Below, one piece after another: positions 61,020 to 64,000 of a stretch of 64,000 nt of DNA. Origin of the DNA: Tubiluchus corallicola (lineage: Eukaryota > Animalia > Priapulida); the NCBI GenBank assembly GCA_030141605.1, contig JAQGDQ010000021.1, positions 1,054,001 to 1,118,000 of the forward strand. Direction: 5' to 3'. The position numbers were made by a program, and so were the translations under genes. The notes beneath the pieces are model-generated. The model was not told the origin of the DNA. It saw only the letters and a list, made by a program, of their open reading frames with translations, and did not search any database. Position 1 is the stretch's first letter. Every line of letters begins with the position of its first letter.

Positions 61020-64000
61020 TGTAGTGTGTTAGCTATGCAAGTACTTTGACCACGACTGCTTGTAGCGTGTTAGCTATGCAAGTACATTGACCACGGCTGC
61101 TTGTAGCGTTTTAGCTATGCAAGTGACTTTGACCATGACTGCATGTAGCGTGTTAGCTATGCAAGTGACTTTGACCATGACTGCATGTAGCGTTTTAGCT
61201 ATGCAAGTGACTTTGACCACGACTGCTTGTAGCGTGTTAGCTACGCAAGTGAATTTGACCATTACTGCATGTAGTGTGTTAGTTATGCAAGTGACTTTGA
61301 CCATGACTGCATGTAGCGTGTCAGCTGTACAAGTGACGTTGACCATGACTGCATTTAGCGTTTTAGCTATGCAATTACATTGACCACGACTGCTTGTAGC
61401 GTTTTAGTTATGCAAGTGAATTTGACCATGACTGCTTGTAGTGTGTTAGCTATGCAAGTACATTGACCACGACTGCATGTAGCGTGTTAGCTATGCAAGT
61501 ACATTGACCACGGCTGCTTGTAGCGTTTTAGCTATGCAAGTACATTGACCACGGCTGCTTGTAGCGTTTTAGCTATGCAAGTGACTTTGACCACGACTGC
61601 TTGTAGTGTGTTAGCTATGCAAGCGACTTTGACCACGGCTGCTTGTAGCGTTTTAGCTATGCAAGTACATTGACCACGGCTGCTTGTAGCGTTTTAGCTA
61701 TGCAAGTGAATTTGACCACGACTGCATGTAGTGTGTTAGCTGTGCAAGTGACTTTGACCATGACTGCATGTAGCGTTTTAGCTATGCAAGTGAATTTGAC
61801 CATGACTGCTTGTAGTGTGTTAGTTATGCAAGTGACTTTGACCACGACTGCATGTAGCGTTTTAGCTATGCAAGTGACTTTGACCACGACTGCTTGTAGC
61901 GTGTTAGCTATGCAAGTGACTTTGACCATGACTGCATGTAGCGTGTTAGCTATGCAAGTGACTTTGACCATGACTGCATGTAGCGTTTTAGCTATGCAAG
62001 TGACTTTGACCACGACTGCTTGTAGCGTGTTAGCTACGCAAGTGAATTTGACCATTACTGCATGTAGTGTGTTAGTTATGCAAGTGACTTTGACCATGAC
62101 TGCTTGTAGCGTGTTAGCTACGCAAGTGCCTTTGACCACGACTGCATGTAGTGTGTTAGCTATGCAAGTGACTTTGACCATGACTGCATGTAGCGTGTTA
62201 GCTACGCAAGTGACATTGACCATGACTGCATGTAGTGTGTTAGCTACGCAAGTGAATTTGACCATTACTGCATGTAGTGTGTTAGCTATGCAAGTGACTT
62301 TGACCACGACTGCATGTAGCGTGTTAGCTATGCAAGTGACTTTGCCATGACTGCTTGTAGTGTGTTAGCTACGCAAGTGACGTTGATCATTACTGCATGT
62401 AGTGTGTTGGCTATGCAAGTGAATTTGACCATGACTGCTTGTAGCGTGTTATCTATGCAGGTGACTTTGACCATGACTGCTTGTAGCGTGTTAGCTATGC
62501 AGGTGACTTTGACCATGACTGCATGTAGCGTGTTAGCTATGCAAGTACTTTGACCATGACTGCATGTAGTGTGTTAGCTATGCAAGTGACGTTGACCATG
62601 ACTGCATTTAGCGTGTTAGCTATGCAAGTACTTTGACCATGACTGCATGTAGTGTGTTAGCTATGCAAGTGACGTTGACCATGACTGCTGGCAGCGTGTT
62701 AGCTATGCAACTACTTTGACCATGACTGCATGTAGCGTGTTAGCTGTGCAAGTGAATTTGACCACGACTGCATGTAGCGTGTTAGCTATGCAAGTGACTT
62801 TGACCACGACTGCATGTAGTGTGTTAGCTATGCAAGTGACTTTGCCCATGACTGCATGTAGTGTGTTAGCTACGCAAGTGACTTTGACCACGGCTGCTTG
62901 TAGCGTGTTAGCTACGCAAGTGCCTTTGCCATGACTGCATGTAGCGTGTTAGCTACGCAAGTGACTTTGACCATGACTGCATGTAGTGTGTTAGCTATGC
63001 AAGTGACTTTGACCACGACTGCATGTAGTGTGTTAGCTATGCAAGTGACTTTGACCACGACTGCATGTAGTGTGTTAGCTATGCAAGTGACTTTGACCAC
63101 GACTGCATGTAGTGTGTTAGCTATGCAAGTGACTTTGCCATGACTGCATGTAGTGTGTTAGCTATGCAAGTGACTTTGACCACGACTGCATGTAGTGTGT
63201 TAGCTATGCAAGTGACTTTGACCACGACTGCATGTAGCGTGTTAGCTATGCAAGTGACTTTGATCACGACTGCATGTAGTGTGTTAGCTATGCAAGTGAC
63301 TTTGACCACGACTGCATGTAGTGTGTTAGCTATGCAAGTGACTTTGACCATGACTGCATGTAGCGTGTTAGCTATGCAAGTGACTTTGCCATGACTGCAT
63401 GTAGCGTGTTAGCTGTGCAAGTGACTTTGACCATGACTGCATGTAGCGTGTTAGCTACGCAAGTGACTTTGCCATGACTGCATGTAGCGTGTTAGCTATG
63501 CAAGTGACTTTGACCACGACTGCATGTAGCGTGTTAGCTATGCAAGTGACTTTGATCACGACTGCATGTAGTGTGTTAGCTATGCAAGTGACTTTGACCA
63601 CGACTGCATGTAGTGCGTTAGCTATGCAAGTGACTTTGACCACGACTGCATGTAGCGTGTTAGCTATGCAAGTGACTTTGATCACGACTGCATGTAGTGT
63701 GTTAGCTATGCAAGTGACTTTGACCACGACTGCATGTAGTGCGTTAGCTATGCAAGTGACTTTGACCACGACTGCATGTAGCGTGTTAGCTATGCAAGTG
63801 ACTTTGATCACGACTGCATGTAGTGTGTTAGCTATGCAAGTGACTTTGACCACGACTGCATGTAGTGCGTTAGCTATGCAAGTGACTTTGACCACGACTG
63901 CATGTAGCGTGTTAGCTATGCAAGTGACTTTGATCACGACTGCATGTAGTGTGTTAGCTATGCAAGTGACTTTGACCACGACTGCATGTAGTGCGTTAGC
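61020..64000. repeat. 42-bp satellite array (~70 copies, runs off window)
   Basis: unit TGTAGTGTGTTAGCTATGCAAGTGACTTTGACCACGACTGCA. Confidence 0.97.

Noticed and set aside
61074-63979. 14-aa repeat ORFs on both strands (MTACSVLAMQVTLT / MVKVTCIANTLHAV)
   Set aside because: 42-bp satellite with single-base deletions that break frame; no splice context; lies in an intron.

Overview
AT-rich animal (invertebrate-like) nuclear DNA with spliceosomal GT-AG introns; this is not a prokaryotic window. Three multi-exon genes can be rebuilt by hand. (1) PCMT1/PIMT protein L-isoaspartyl methyltransferase: minus strand, 7 coding exons, 20155->13148, 226 aa, intact. (2) A melatonin-receptor-like class A GPCR: minus strand, 6 exons, 34890->26430, 391 aa, intact. 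(3) An M1 zinc aminopeptidase of the glutamyl aminopeptidase/ENPEP type: plus strand from 44036, 9 exons visible, continuing past the window end. Its exon 8 is the oddest feature: an otherwise conserved 22-codon exon carrying three single-base insertions spaced 22 nt apart plus a 4-nt stop-containing insertion. The remainder is LINE, Penelope-like and DNA-transposon debris, TTAA-flanked MITEs (one supplies a GPCR splice acceptor), hammerhead-like motifs, a templated 420-bp duplication, and many micro-, mini- and satellite arrays. All calls come from reading the sequence by eye; no searches or alignments were run.
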